Sequence record: MZ444140.1 | DNA length: 64,000 bases | Reading direction: 5' to 3' (one strand) | Shown here: positions 41,959 through 53,782 of the stretch, one piece after another | Position numbering within the stretch: position 1 is the stretch's first letter | Layout: each line of letters starts with the position of its first letter | Translations under genes and position numbers: made by a program | The notes under the pieces: generated by a model | Database searches by the model: none | What the model saw: only the letters and a program-made list of their open reading frames with translations | Told to the model about the DNA's origin: nothing

Positions 41959-42681
41959 TTAGAAATTACCTTTCTTCATTTTAGAAAGTAATTTTCTACG
42001 TTCAGCTCGGTTAATTCCTGGGATAGCTGGTAATAGCATTTTATTACTAAACTTACCTGGCTTGCGGTCATGATTTAGTAATTGATCAACTACAGCTTGG
42101 TCACTGCTTTTAACTCCATTATCCATTTCATCTAATGGGTCCATAATAGCTTTAGCAGTCAATCTTAGATGAGTAACTAGTTCATCAAATGAACTATCGG
42201 TATTAATAAGTTGTTTATCAACACCTTCTTTAAGAGCTTGTTTAATAGTTACGTCTTTTACCAGGATATTATCACATTCCCAAAGAGTTGTATGATGGGT
42301 ATTTAACATTAATTCAAGTGAGACATTATTGTAATCGTTGTCAGCACTTGAGTGCCAATTGAATTCATCAATATAGTCATTTAGACTCATTAACTTTGGT
42401 GGTTCGTTACTAGAGGTAATTAAACCAATTGGTTGAACATCATCTAGTGAACTTTTATCACTAGTAATTGCAGTTGTTTCAGTAGTAACATCAACTTCTT
42501 TTAATTCGTTGGTATAAGTTACATATACTAATTCTTCACTACCGTCATCCAAAAGAACATAGGCTGTTGCTTTGGTGGAATCATCAGGTGCTAATCCATG
42601 GATCCTAATACGATTATCATTTACTAATTTACTATAATCATTCCAGGTAATTACGCGGACTTCTTTATTCTCTTTCATCAT
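41959..42681 (-). CDS. Hypothetical protein (gp51-like)
   Basis: 240 aa; basic C-terminal NRAERRK tail. Confidence 0.7.
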   Translation of the reverse strand: MMKENKEVRVITWNDYSKLVNDNRIRIHGLAPDDSTKATAYVLLDDGSEELVYVTYTNELKEVDVTTETTAITSDKSSLDDVQPIGLITSSNEPPKLMSLNDYIDEFNWHSSADNDYNNVSLELMLNTHHTTLWECDNILVKDVTIKQALKEGVDKQLINTDSSFDELVTHLRLTAKAIMDPLDEMDNGVKSSDQAVVDQLLNHDRKPGKFSNKMLLPAIPGINRAERRKLLSKMKKGNF

Positions 42682-42874
42682 TAGTTACCTCTTTTAATTT
42701 GTCTTTAATATAACTTCGGATAAATGCTCGTTTTTCTTCACGAGTTAACCCATGTGGAGCGGTTGGTAATGTGATAGTACCACTGTTAATTGCCTTCTTC
42801 ATCCGATCTAAGTCAAAATTAAATTCGGTATGATTTGTCATTATATTGAACCATATTAAGTTAGTAATTGGCAA
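42665..42874 (-). CDS. Small hypothetical protein
   Basis: About 58-69 aa, coupled to the next gene. Confidence 0.55.
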   Translation of the reverse strand: MPITNLIWFNIMTNHTEFNFDLDRMKKAINSGTITLPTAPHGLTREEKRAFIRSYIKDKLKEVTNDERE

Positions 42875-42906
42875 TCAGACTATATAAATCTTAATTATTT
42901 TTTAGT

Positions 42907-42936
42907 ATATAAGCCTCCCACTAGGGGAGGCTATAT
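42907..42936. terminator. Palindrome, same family
   Basis: atataagcctcccactaggggaggctatat. Confidence 0.7.
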
Positions 42937-42939
42937 TTC

Positions 42940-45135
42940 TTAATAGAAGTCAGAGATGAGTCGATCGTTATTTTTATCAATAAGGAAAATACCTAGGGAC
43001 TCTAAGGTTAGATAGAATACACCCATAGTATTTCCAATGATAGTTCTAACGTCAGCAACACGCGTAATAACTTCTGGAATACGACCAGTTTCTACTACTG
43101 TACTCGGGATATGGAAATCACCAATACTGGTTTTATTTTCTTCAGTAACCCATGCTTGAATACGAGCAGCTAATTTCTTATCTTCGATACCATCAATCCA
43201 TTCTTTGATCGCAGTTTTATTATTAAGAGTAACTGAGATCTTTACATGTGAATAAGGTGGATCACCAGCGTCACCAAATGACGGAGCAAATACAGTCTTC
43301 CACACCAATCCCTTTTTATGAGTTGAGTTATCTTCAGATTTATAAGATTCAGGTCGTTTAGTTTGACCACTTGTAAGATACTCGGCTTTACCACTTCTAA
43401 CAGACTCAATAATTTCTCTTTCGATATTACCGGCTTCTTTTAGAATTGAAGCTAAGTCGATTTTCTCTTCAGCCTTTACCGTCTTAATAATATCTTCCAT
43501 GAGTTTTTTAGCACGACTATTAATCTTCTTAGGTACTTTACTATCCCTTAGCCCCACGCCTTTAATCTCCATCCGAGATTCATTAAACATCACCCCTTCT
43601 TGGGCATCCTGTGATGCAAAGTAATGTTTAGAACGAGTAGTTAAGGCCAGTACTGCGAAATAAAATTCGTTCTTCATTGCAAATAGACGAAGCTTATCTT
43701 TAGATACACCCATATTAGCGGATTGAATCGCTAAGATATGCATAACTACTTCAGATACTAGAAACACTAGTGCAAATACTAGTCGTTTAGCTTCATTGCT
43801 AAAAGTTACTTTACCAAAGAATTCCTCAACCCACCATTGTAATGTAAACATAGTGGAGTCAGTATCTGAAATAACAGCAGCTCGTCTATACACAGTTGGA
43901 AAAGCATGAATGCTTGATGGTACACATTTAGTCAAGAAGAAAGCTTCAATCAATAGACGATATTCATTAAGAGTTTCAGCGATATTTCGACCAGTGGCAT
44001 AAACTTGGTTTAATGTATCTGGATCTGACTCTTTTAGTTTAGCTTTAGATCGACCTTTAACAGTATCAAAGCAAATAAAGCTAGCCAATAGATCCATATC
44101 ACCATCATAAGTTGAATATTCTTCTTCAGTGATGATTTGTTCTTTTGTTCCAACCTGGCTTAATTTAATTAGAAAGCTCTTGATTAATTCTTTATTGTAT
44201 TTATATAAGTGATATAGATCACCTACGTACATAACTGCTGCTCGTTCGACTGGTGTCATCCCAGTAGCTAGTTTTAAAATCTGCGCCGTGTAGTACTTAT
44301 TTTGCCAATAGTGTTTAGTTGAATAAAGAACCATATCAACTACTTCTTCTGGCGTTGGGCAATGTAGATTAAAATTAGTTACTGCTTTTTGAATTAACTC
44401 CATATCAGCTACATTAATAGTGTTTACTAAATTAGCTTTTGTGATTTCTGGAGTATAATAATGCCTATTACCCATAATGAATTTTTCATTATTTGAGTTA
44501 GCATAAGAGGTACCAGTTCTACAGGTAGATGTTAAACTAGAGTGTGTGGACTTATAATAAAGAATAGTGGCAGCAGATACAGTACCGCCTGAATATGAGT
44601 TATTGTTAATTTTGAAGTTTTCTTGCTCGCCTTTACGTACTTGTGCAAGTTCTGTTTTAATTTGTGAATTCTCTTTATCGCCGGCCTGTAGGAAAGCAGC
44701 TGCTTCACGTTCAGCCTGCATCTGTTCACCTTTAACACGCTTACGGTTTTTCACACCTTCGGCAATATAGATGGAGTGCGTAGACTGTCTAACAGACTCT
44801 GGTAAATATGCGGTCATTGATGGAGATAATAATAGATTCTGTTTCTTAACACGGTTAAGAAAAGCCATAAATGAAACCGTCTTTAATTCCCTATCACCAA
44901 ACTTATTTTTATCTAGAATAGTTGCTAATGGATTACGAAGTGCATATTCGCCATTTTGACGTAATTGTTCTTTAACAAATTCTTTACATTCTTCTAAACT
45001 AATATTTAATTCATCTTTTGTCATTAATTGAAGATATTTGGCATTATCATCAAGACATGCATTAATGATATCAATATCACGATGGTAATCATTGACATCT
45101 TTTAAAAACGGATTTGGTTGGGCAAATGCGGTCAT
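42940..45135 (-). CDS. Family B DNA polymerase, fingers/palm C/thumb subunit (gp50-like)
   Basis: Motif B FKINNNSYSG, motif C ISDTDST, KHY, and EIKGVGL. Confidence 0.88.
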   Translation of the reverse strand: MTAFAQPNPFLKDVNDYHRDIDIINACLDDNAKYLQLMTKDELNISLEECKEFVKEQLRQNGEYALRNPLATILDKNKFGDRELKTVSFMAFLNRVKKQNLLLSPSMTAYLPESVRQSTHSIYIAEGVKNRKRVKGEQMQAEREAAAFLQAGDKENSQIKTELAQVRKGEQENFKINNNSYSGGTVSAATILYYKSTHSSLTSTCRTGTSYANSNNEKFIMGNRHYYTPEITKANLVNTINVADMELIQKAVTNFNLHCPTPEEVVDMVLYSTKHYWQNKYYTAQILKLATGMTPVERAAVMYVGDLYHLYKYNKELIKSFLIKLSQVGTKEQIITEEEYSTYDGDMDLLASFICFDTVKGRSKAKLKESDPDTLNQVYATGRNIAETLNEYRLLIEAFFLTKCVPSSIHAFPTVYRRAAVISDTDSTMFTLQWWVEEFFGKVTFSNEAKRLVFALVFLVSEVVMHILAIQSANMGVSKDKLRLFAMKNEFYFAVLALTTRSKHYFASQDAQEGVMFNESRMEIKGVGLRDSKVPKKINSRAKKLMEDIIKTVKAEEKIDLASILKEAGNIEREIIESVRSGKAEYLTSGQTKRPESYKSEDNSTHKKGLVWKTVFAPSFGDAGDPPYSHVKISVTLNNKTAIKEWIDGIEDKKLAARIQAWVTEENKTSIGDFHIPSTVVETGRIPEVITRVADVRTIIGNTMGVFYLTLESLGIFLIDKNNDRLISDFY

Positions 45136-45335
45136 TTCACATATCTCTCAGTATACTTATTTTTAATTATAGTGAATGATTTCTCTCTCTTTAACTAAAA
45201 AAGAAAAGGAAAGAATGGGTACCCTATACGGGCACCCTAAATTGAGAGGTAGCACATCAACTTACATTCACATTAGATGATGTAAGCAAGTAAAAATAAT
45301 ACAACATAAAAGGAGCCATAATGGCTCCTTTATAG

Positions 45336-45761
<426 letters not shown>

Positions 45762-45786
45762 CTAAAATAGTTGGTTACATAGGGTA

Positions 45787-46170
45787 TTACTCATCTAGTA
45801 ATACAACTACACCAAACAGACCTTTTGTATCCATTGGCACTGTAATTAATACATGTCCATTTGGATATTTTTCTTTAAAGCTATTGATAAAGTCGGTACA
45901 ATATTCAATAACATATCCTTTAGTAGAATAATTCTCTAACTCAATATCTTCGTCAGGATCATCAAATGAGTCATGTCCATACATCAGCATATGGATATAT
46001 ATGTCATTATTAAGCGTATCCATATAACTTAACTTACGTGATTCTTCAAATAAATCAAGTGGTGTTGGACAATCTGGATATATCATTCGTTTTGTATATT
46101 CACGAAGCAAATGTTGCGAATATATTTCTGACTCTTTAGATTTAAATACGATAAATACTCGTTTTTCCAT
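45787..46170 (-). CDS. Hypothetical protein
   Basis: 127 aa, AGGA SD. Confidence 0.65.
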   Translation of the reverse strand: MEKRVFIVFKSKESEIYSQHLLREYTKRMIYPDCPTPLDLFEESRKLSYMDTLNNDIYIHMLMYGHDSFDDPDEDIELENYSTKGYVIEYCTDFINSFKEKYPNGHVLITVPMDTKGLFGVVVLLDE

Positions 46171-46242
46171 ATCGGTTCCTAGTAGGAAGCCTATGTGAAC
46201 CGATAGGCTTTCCTATTTACGTCAATTGTTAATATGTGTCAC

Positions 46243-46779
46243 TTAATCCACATCATTGTAGCAGTCCATACCAAAGTCTTCACCTTCTAGAATATAACCT
46301 TGATTATGTTGATCAACTGCTATTGATTGGATTCTTTCTACACCATATCCATTCTGATAAAGATACGCTATTTCAGATTGTAGTTTACTAGCCAGTGTTT
46401 TACACACAGCTGCAAACCACATATTAAGAATACTCAATGCATATTTATCTTGCATAATCACAGGCGCTACTGATGGAAAGTATTCTTGTAAATAATAGTC
46501 AACCCCTATAATTGGTTGAGTAGGCTGTTGTGCTAGAAATTCAATATATGCATTAATCGCCTGATACCATAACTGTTCTATAGATTGGTGTTCAGTATAT
46601 GGGTAAGGAGTATTGTAAGACTTATTGACAACTACATCAGCCATTTTATTAACAATGGGCCAGATATCACTGATGTTAATAACTACGAAACTCGTCATTC
46701 CTTGTTGGCCTGGAGTTATGTTATTAGCATCATTTATCCGCTGCATTTCTTGTTGTCTATAAAGAAGTGGATGCATCAT
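46243..46779 (-). CDS. Hypothetical protein
   Basis: 178 aa, ATGA-coupled. Confidence 0.7.
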   Translation of the reverse strand: MMHPLLYRQQEMQRINDANNITPGQQGMTSFVVINISDIWPIVNKMADVVVNKSYNTPYPYTEHQSIEQLWYQAINAYIEFLAQQPTQPIIGVDYYLQEYFPSVAPVIMQDKYALSILNMWFAAVCKTLASKLQSEIAYLYQNGYGVERIQSIAVDQHNQGYILEGEDFGMDCYNDVD

Positions 46780-47210
46780 GTTTGAGACCTCATAACTAAT
46801 TTAGTTACCATCTTATATTTATCTACTTCTATACATTTAAGACTAGTAATAAGATTACCTGCTTGAATAACTTGTTTTTGGATTATCTCTAAGAAATCAG
46901 TTCCAAATAAATCCAATACCCTTTCGATAATCTCAGCAGATCTTAAGTGCCAATTGATAGTATTAGGATTTCCCTGATGATCAAATACCATCATGCTCAT
47001 CGGTCTATCTGGTTCTATATAGGTATCGCTTAAGTAATCTTCTAACCATTGCTCTAAAAAGGTAGGCCAATCTAATCTCTGCCAGTGGTTAAAGTATTCT
47101 ACATATGCTGCTAGAAGTCTATTGATACACCACAGTACAAAGTCAGTCGGTTCATCTACACCTAGCTCTTCCGTAAAAGAACGCGGTTTCAAAATTAGCA
47201 ACAATTGCAT
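46776..47210 (-). CDS. Hypothetical protein
   Basis: 144 aa, GGAG SD. Confidence 0.7.
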   Translation of the reverse strand: MQLLLILKPRSFTEELGVDEPTDFVLWCINRLLAAYVEYFNHWQRLDWPTFLEQWLEDYLSDTYIEPDRPMSMMVFDHQGNPNTINWHLRSAEIIERVLDLFGTDFLEIIQKQVIQAGNLITSLKCIEVDKYKMVTKLVMRSQT

Positions 47211-47592
47211 ATTGACTCCACTCTTTACCAGTGACTATAGTTAATAGAACAACTTTGTTATCTATTACACTAATGAACTTATAGTCTATTAAATTCTTCG
47301 GTGTTCTATGTAGTAATTGGATTCCAGTTGTATAGAACAAATTAATGAACTCATCCCAATCTGGACCATTTCCTAGTTGTATTGATATATCCACAAAAGG
47401 AATAACCGTATTATCCTGTTGTAATTTAGACATCATCTTAACAACCCATTGAGTTAATAAGACGATGACTGTAGCTTCATCTTTATTTGTTAGGTAAGTA
47501 AATTTCTTTATCAATGTGATTAATTGTGGGAATACCACTTCGATTGGCAATACATATACCAGACGTTGTACTTCCTCCGATGTACAATCCAT
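47152..47592 (-). CDS. Hypothetical protein
   Basis: Probable start MDCTSEE; the start position is uncertain. Confidence 0.55.
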   Translation of the reverse strand: MDCTSEEVQRLVYVLPIEVVFPQLITLIKKFTYLTNKDEATVIVLLTQWVVKMMSKLQQDNTVIPFVDISIQLGNGPDWDEFINLFYTTGIQLLHRTPKNLIDYKFISVIDNKVVLLTIVTGKEWSQYAIVANFETAFFYGRARCR

Positions 47593-47935
47593 CTCGTGCT
47601 TCTGTTTCATACCACAGTTCCTTAGTATTTGTTGGAATGAGGTGCATGATCTGCTCAGCACCCTCATCGAGAAGTTCTATTAGTTTATGCATGAAATGAA
47701 TGTCTTTAGCATATTCATAGAACATTTCTTCTTTAACGACCATTTGCATAAGCTTCTGTTCTGCCAATGCAACAAGCAAATGCATTGCTTCGATATAACT
47801 AATATCTAAAAAGTCCAATACAAATCTTAGATAGTTATCATCTTTAATAAGTTTACTTTTAGTCGCTCTTAGTAAAAAACGAGGTTGTGGTGTGGGTAAT
47901 GGTGACGTATAGATCTTCTGGTTTCTCAGTATCAT
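47483..47935 (-). CDS. Hypothetical protein
   Basis: 150-codon ORF with long overlaps at both ends; true start is uncertain. Confidence 0.45.
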   Translation of the reverse strand: MILRNQKIYTSPLPTPQPRFLLRATKSKLIKDDNYLRFVLDFLDISYIEAMHLLVALAEQKLMQMVVKEEMFYEYAKDIHFMHKLIELLDEGAEQIMHLIPTNTKELWYETEARDGLYIGGSTTSGICIANRSGIPTINHIDKEIYLPNK

Positions 47936-48248
47936 AAATAACCCTATTTAACTGGATGTTACCAGCTGATGGTAGAACTACCCGGTTAGAACAATTATAC
48001 AGATAAGTTGTTAAATTAATATCACAAATATCCCTATAACCCAGCATCTGATTAATTAGTTCTATGACATCATTAGATGTGCTACCCGATGCCCTCTCAG
48101 ACGCTGCTGCCAATACAATTGTTAATGCATATTCTGCACCAATACTATTTTTTATAGATTTCCAAATATCAGAATGTTGATCTTGTACAAAAGATCTTAC
48201 TTCCATTCTGATACACATTGATGTGTCTTTATCATTAGATATGTTCAT
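47859..48248 (-). CDS. Hypothetical protein
   Basis: 129 aa, AAGG SD. Confidence 0.65.
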   Translation of the reverse strand: MNISNDKDTSMCIRMEVRSFVQDQHSDIWKSIKNSIGAEYALTIVLAAASERASGSTSNDVIELINQMLGYRDICDINLTTYLYNCSNRVVLPSAGNIQLNRVIYDTEKPEDLYVTITHTTTSFFTKSD

Positions 48249-48269
48249 TATAAAAACCTTATAATCGGT

Positions 48270-48297
48270 ATAAAGCCCCCCATAAGGAGGGCTTTAT
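48270..48297. terminator. Palindrome, same family
   Basis: ataaagcccccc-ataa-ggagggctttat. Confidence 0.65.
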
Positions 48298-49371
48298 TTA
48301 GTATAGATTATTTTCTAAAATGTATCGCTCAGCTTGCGCTCGCTGATCATCAGGTAAATAATCACCACGTTGATATTCAAATACTAATTTCTCAATAGGA
48401 TAAGTTGCATTCTTATTCTTGTATACAGAAATTACATAGCTATGATACTCTAGTTCATACTTAACGTCATGCTCAATTCTGGTTGAAAAATATGCCATGT
48501 TAATAGAACTAACTAGAGGGCTAATATATTTCTCTTCAAATAGTAATAAATTATCAAGTCCTAAACTTGCAAAGAAATCATGGTTAACCTTAGGTATTAG
48601 ATAAGATACTTTAATATTACTATATTGTTTAACAATTACACCAATAAGTAATGCAGTTAACTGTTCTTGAATATATTCTACTGCGATGTTATATGCATGG
48701 TTAGTGGTGATGTGGTCTTTATTTAAAGTATAGCTACCACCATTAGCAAGAGATAGCTGAGTTTTACGCCTAGATTCGTAGATACTATAACCTAATGTTT
48801 GTAAATTAATTCTGTCAAAGCCATGGAAGAATGTACGGAGAAATTCACTAAATAAATAGTTTAATGGGTTCAGTAGGTTAAGTGATACCACTGCATGATC
48901 ATCACCATTATCAATCCCATGGACACGATCATATTCCGCGATACGATAATCTTTGCCACTGATTAAAGTTATAACTGAACCAGCTTTAACTACATCCCAT
49001 TGGATCCATGTACCGCTATCGATATATTTAGCTACTTGTTTATAGATATCTAGATAGATAGTTTCTAGATAAGGTAGTTTCATTAGATTTTCTACCCAAG
49101 CAACTTTATTACTATCTACGTCAGTTACAGCACAATTAAAAATAGCTGCTGCCATCTTAAGATTGGTGTACTGGTCTTTGGCTGTTTTATATGAAACTAA
49201 ACTCTCTACTATATTTTCAACCATTAGATGTAAAAACTGTTGAGCCACATCTTTACTCAATTTCACCCCAATCGCTTCATCAATTGAAGCTGAAGCTGTA
49301 AGCTGACCTAGTAAATCGTATATTGCTTTTTCTTGGTGGCGCGTATCAAGTACAATGAGCTTATTCGACAT
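48298..49371 (-). CDS. Conserved hypothetical protein
   Basis: 357 aa, GGAG SD. Confidence 0.75.
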   Translation of the reverse strand: MSNKLIVLDTRHQEKAIYDLLGQLTASASIDEAIGVKLSKDVAQQFLHLMVENIVESLVSYKTAKDQYTNLKMAAAIFNCAVTDVDSNKVAWVENLMKLPYLETIYLDIYKQVAKYIDSGTWIQWDVVKAGSVITLISGKDYRIAEYDRVHGIDNGDDHAVVSLNLLNPLNYLFSEFLRTFFHGFDRINLQTLGYSIYESRRKTQLSLANGGSYTLNKDHITTNHAYNIAVEYIQEQLTALLIGVIVKQYSNIKVSYLIPKVNHDFFASLGLDNLLLFEEKYISPLVSSINMAYFSTRIEHDVKYELEYHSYVISVYKNKNATYPIEKLVFEYQRGDYLPDDQRAQAERYILENNLY

Positions 49372-49384
49372 TATATTTCTCCAA

Positions 49385-49813
49385 TTAATTTTTTGGAATA
49401 GCGATCCAAACTGTGTTCTTTAACCGATAAAATATTACAAACTTACCTGCATTTACTCTAGGTATAATTTTTAATATATCCCAAAGATCAGATGCGGCCT
49501 CATGATTATCATGAAACCATTGGATTTCTTGAGGGGTGTTATTTATTGGATTATATCCAGTAGTATACATGAATTCAAAAGAGTCAATAGAATATTTAAA
49601 GAAGTCATCAATTAAGCTGTCCTCTACTGATTTAAATATATGCTCTAATGTACCATAGTCATCTGGATGTATTCCAAAGCTTTGGCACCTAATTGCTAAA
49701 CGAGCATTTATTAGCTCTTTTGGCGATCTTGGTACTAACTTGGCTATCACCCTCGTTACATCTATTACATACAGGTCAGCTACTTGGGGAGTAGTCACAG
49801 TACAATCTCTCAT
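49385..49813 (-). CDS. Hypothetical early protein
   Basis: 142 aa, directly after an early promoter. Confidence 0.65.
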   Translation of the reverse strand: MRDCTVTTPQVADLYVIDVTRVIAKLVPRSPKELINARLAIRCQSFGIHPDDYGTLEHIFKSVEDSLIDDFFKYSIDSFEFMYTTGYNPINNTPQEIQWFHDNHEAASDLWDILKIIPRVNAGKFVIFYRLKNTVWIAIPKN

Positions 49814-49828
49814 TAAATGTTCAGGAAC

Positions 49829-49853
49829 ATGATATAGATCTAAAAATATTTTT
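49829..49853 (-). promoter_or_regulatory. Early promoter
   Basis: AAAAATATTTTTAGATCTATATCAT. Confidence 0.7.
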
Positions 49854-49940
49854 AGTCAAATCTGTTCGTGGTAAGCCGATGTATATTATACCTTAGTTGG
49901 GTATTATCTCCATCGAAAAAACGCGTACAGCGCATTATAG

Positions 49941-50750
<810 letters not shown>

Positions 50751-50768
50751 AAAAAAATAAAAAAAAGA

Positions 50769-50800
50769 CATAATGCCCTCCCATTGCGGGAGGGCTTATG
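50769..50800. terminator. Bidirectional palindrome, CATA/TATG family
   Basis: cataatgccctccc-attgc-gggagggcttatg. Confidence 0.78.
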
Positions 50801-50858
50801 CCATTAAGATAATATCTAAATAACACTATATTTAAAAACATACTGGTATAACCCATCA

Positions 50859-51086
50859 TCAATTAATACTGTTGAGAATCTTTTTGATGAGATCACCAGG
50901 TGCAATACCAATACCTGAACAATACCGTCTAAAGTTATTACACGGTTGACATGCTTTCTTTTCAACGATATTTAATTCAAAGCAAATATTGCCACGTGAA
51001 TCTAGAATGGATATAAATGCTTTGTTACCTGTTACGCGATATGTCTTACCGAATACAACAGTTGTTTTATATGCAAGGCTATTCAT
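50859..51086 (-). CDS. Small hypothetical protein
   Basis: Probable start MNSLAYK after AAAGGA. Confidence 0.55.
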   Translation of the reverse strand: MNSLAYKTTVVFGKTYRVTGNKAFISILDSRGNICFELNIVEKKACQPCNNFRRYCSGIGIAPGDLIKKILNSIN

Positions 51087-51153
51087 GATTATTCCTTTAA
51101 CATGGATTATTATCATGTTTGTAATATAGCCTTTAAATGTATTTAAATATTTA

Positions 51154-51441
51154 TTAAACCCCATAGCGATGAGCTATATATGTTTTTAATACCTCATATG
51201 CCTTATCAGTTGCCATGGAACTATTGACAAAATCAGAATGATCAATCTTAATAATCTTACCGAATGAATCATAATCGATAGTTGTAACTGCTATTCGATC
51301 ACTATCACGGATCAATAGTTTATTTTTATTTAAAACAAAAATATTCCATTTCTCGCCATCGGCTAAAATAACATCCTCATCTTTAAGATTAAGACGAACA
51401 AACTGTTTTACATAAATACTTAACTGAGCAACTGTTGACAT
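51154..51441 (-). CDS. Hypothetical protein
   Basis: 95 aa. Confidence 0.65.
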   Translation of the reverse strand: MSTVAQLSIYVKQFVRLNLKDEDVILADGEKWNIFVLNKNKLLIRDSDRIAVTTIDYDSFGKIIKIDHSDFVNSSMATDKAYEVLKTYIAHRYGV

Positions 51442-51752
51442 AATGATTTCTCGATATCTGTTAATGAAATAATCATATCTTGGACATTGATGGTAATAAC
51501 ATTTTTATAAGTTAAATAAGTTGGATATGAACCCATAAATGTAATAGTCCCACAGATATGATTTTTATATCTAATATCAACACATCCGTCATATCTCCAG
51601 ATAAAATCAAATGATCCTTTAGTGTGGTGTTCAAGTGAAAGAATAGAACCACTAACTAATTTAGGATATTGTTCAAATTCAGACATTACATAATCTGCCA
51701 GTTCCTTAACCTCAGGATAATCAATCAATAATAGCATATACGTAAATCTCAA
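51420..51752 (-). CDS. Hypothetical protein
   Basis: About 105-110 aa. Confidence 0.6.
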   Translation of the reverse strand: MRFTYMLLLIDYPEVKELADYVMSEFEQYPKLVSGSILSLEHHTKGSFDFIWRYDGCVDIRYKNHICGTITFMGSYPTYLTYKNVITINVQDMIISLTDIEKSLCQQLLS

Positions 51753-52222
51753 TTAGTTAATATAACACCCCATCCAGGGTGGACTCTTTCGAAAAATGGT
51801 AATGTATTATTTCGTATACTGTCTGCATCAATATTTGGAATGTGGATGGTACAACAGTGGGGGTTACTGTCAATCTTGAAATAGAAATTATCTTTTAAAT
51901 CTTCAACCTTGGATGTTTGTAATGGATATAAAATACCATTCCCCCAAACATACCAACGTCTATACAGCTTATCGTTTAACCGCTTCTCAATAACCGAATG
52001 CGATTTGAAACGAGGAACTCGCAAACGCATCCCGTTTACTTCAGCCCATTTGTCTACCCGATCATAGCTAATAATTCCATCCTTAACCATTACAAAGATA
52101 AATCCCTCAACTATGTTGGGGAGACGAACTACGTGTTTCAGAACCATAGTAAACGGAGATAACGTCAGATCAAGTTCAGCTGCCATTTGCTCGTCGAGCT
52201 TTTTAGCAGTGTTCTTTGCCAT
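51749..52222 (-). CDS. Hypothetical protein
   Basis: 157 aa, AGGAG SD. Confidence 0.7.
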   Translation of the reverse strand: MAKNTAKKLDEQMAAELDLTLSPFTMVLKHVVRLPNIVEGFIFVMVKDGIISYDRVDKWAEVNGMRLRVPRFKSHSVIEKRLNDKLYRRWYVWGNGILYPLQTSKVEDLKDNFYFKIDSNPHCCTIHIPNIDADSIRNNTLPFFERVHPGWGVILTN

Positions 52223-52261
52223 CGGTTATCTCCTAATATACAGATTATTAATTATCGCTAG

Positions 52262-52744
52262 TTATTTAATATCTGCAAAATTCTGATTTACTTTACCCAT
52301 AAAAATACCATCGGCTCTATCGTCATAATAAAGCTTCCCTGCTTTAGCATTACATAAAACTCCATAAATGTGACCATTGTAACCATCAAAATTAAATAAA
52401 GATGGATTATGCGGTACATGAATGAATCCCATTTTATCGCACAGAAACTTAGCTACAGCAGCCGATCGGCTAATACCTGCCTCACAGTGTACGAATAGGT
52501 GTTGACCCTTACCAAGAGCTTCACAGAAGGAAATAATACGTTGTGCATGCCGATGATCAAATAGATCATAAGAAGAATCAACATAATCCTCAATGTCATC
52601 AACATTGATACGTAAATAATTAAGATGTTTTGCTGAATAAAGTGGGACTCTACCTTTCTCCAGTAGACAGATCATATTTCTAGGGGAATAAAATGATTCA
52701 GCTACATGCAAAGGAATATAAGTAACTGTATTTACTGGCTTCAT
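52262..52744 (-). CDS. Cys-based protein tyrosine / dual-specificity phosphatase-like protein
   Basis: P-loop LFVHCEAGISRSAAVA (HCx2Gx2RS). Confidence 0.85.
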   Translation of the reverse strand: MKPVNTVTYIPLHVAESFYSPRNMICLLEKGRVPLYSAKHLNYLRINVDDIEDYVDSSYDLFDHRHAQRIISFCEALGKGQHLFVHCEAGISRSAAVAKFLCDKMGFIHVPHNPSLFNFDGYNGHIYGVLCNAKAGKLYYDDRADGIFMGKVNQNFADIK

Positions 52745-52759
52745 ATTACACCTCGTTAC

Positions 52760-52790
52760 AAAAAAAATAAAAGGAGCCCCGAAGGGCTCC
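52760..52790 (-). terminator. Intrinsic terminator after phuZ
   Basis: GGAGCCC-UUCG-GGGCUCC followed by a U-tract. Confidence 0.85.
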
Positions 52791-52798
52791 AGTATAGG

Positions 52799-53782
52799 TT
52801 AATCGAATACAAGACCACTACTAGTTGCTTGGTCATCCACATCTAGAGTAGACTGACGCTTACGCATATTAGCTTTGGCTCGATTCATCATTTCACGACG
52901 TTCTTCTAATCGTTTACGAATATCTTCAACAGATAGACTAGTGATCACAAAATGCATTTGATCGAAATCATATTTCTCGGGATCAGCATAACCAGTGGTA
53001 CGAGTTAAAACAGTGTTAATGGATACTTCGCGATCAGGGTCAGTGTATAGCGAAGCAATAGAAATTGGGTCCAGAATAGCCTGGGCTTCTTGACGATCAA
53101 AACACACGTGTAATTGGACAGTCTGTACAGGTACATCATGGTGTTTATGGAAGTGTGCCCAGTTAGTGATATCCATTAGATCAAGACTTTGGTGTTCTTG
53201 ATTAAATAGAGTTACTAGTGCATCTAGTACTTCAAGAATGTTTTGGTTCACCATTGACTGCGGTACACCTTCAACATTCTCATGATAGTTAATAATCATC
53301 GGAACTTTACTAACAGAGGAAACCCCTTCAAACGTCTTAAGGCTACCACTACTATTTCGAAGACTAATATCGCTGTCGTAAGATCCAATGACCACACTTA
53401 CAACTACTTCACCTTGTTGTTGTAGATGACTGACAAGGGAAGGACCAATAGTTGAACCAGAAGCACCACCCATTGAATACACTACAATGTTAGCATCCCC
53501 TGCTGGGAAATGATGGGCAATGGCAGGAATGTGTGAAGAGATTAGTTCTGCGGCTGCCTTACGATCTTTACCCATACCGATAGCACGTTTACGTGCGGTC
53601 TGGTCAGCTAGCTTAGTATCCGCTTCAATAATGATCGTATTATCGTCAGTATTGTGTTTGTGTTTATTTTGTACACTGGTATCAATGTAGCAAACATCCT
53701 CATGATAACCATGGAATAGTTCACCAATACGGAAACCAGCACCACCACAAAAGTAAATTCGAGTTTTTACTTTAGACATCAT
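52799..53782 (-). CDS. phuZ: Phage tubulin PhuZ/TubZ (gp39-like)
   Basis: CGGAG, IDTS, GMGKD, and tubulin signature SMGGASGSTIG; 327 aa; acidic C-tail. Confidence 0.97.
   Translation of the reverse strand: MMSKVKTRIYFCGGAGFRIGELFHGYHEDVCYIDTSVQNKHKHNTDDNTIIIEADTKLADQTARKRAIGMGKDRKAAAELISSHIPAIAHHFPAGDANIVVYSMGGASGSTIGPSLVSHLQQQGEVVVSVVIGSYDSDISLRNSSGSLKTFEGVSSVSKVPMIINYHENVEGVPQSMVNQNILEVLDALVTLFNQEHQSLDLMDITNWAHFHKHHDVPVQTVQLHVCFDRQEAQAILDPISIASLYTDPDREVSINTVLTRTTGYADPEKYDFDQMHFVITSLSVEDIRKRLEERREMMNRAKANMRKRQSTLDVDDQATSSGLVFD

Noticed and set aside
47855-47935. +1 frameshift at a T6 run linking 47859..48248 to 47483..47935
   Set aside because: No X XXY YYZ heptamer or stimulator is present, and the downstream ORF has possible starts of its own, so the evidence is too weak.
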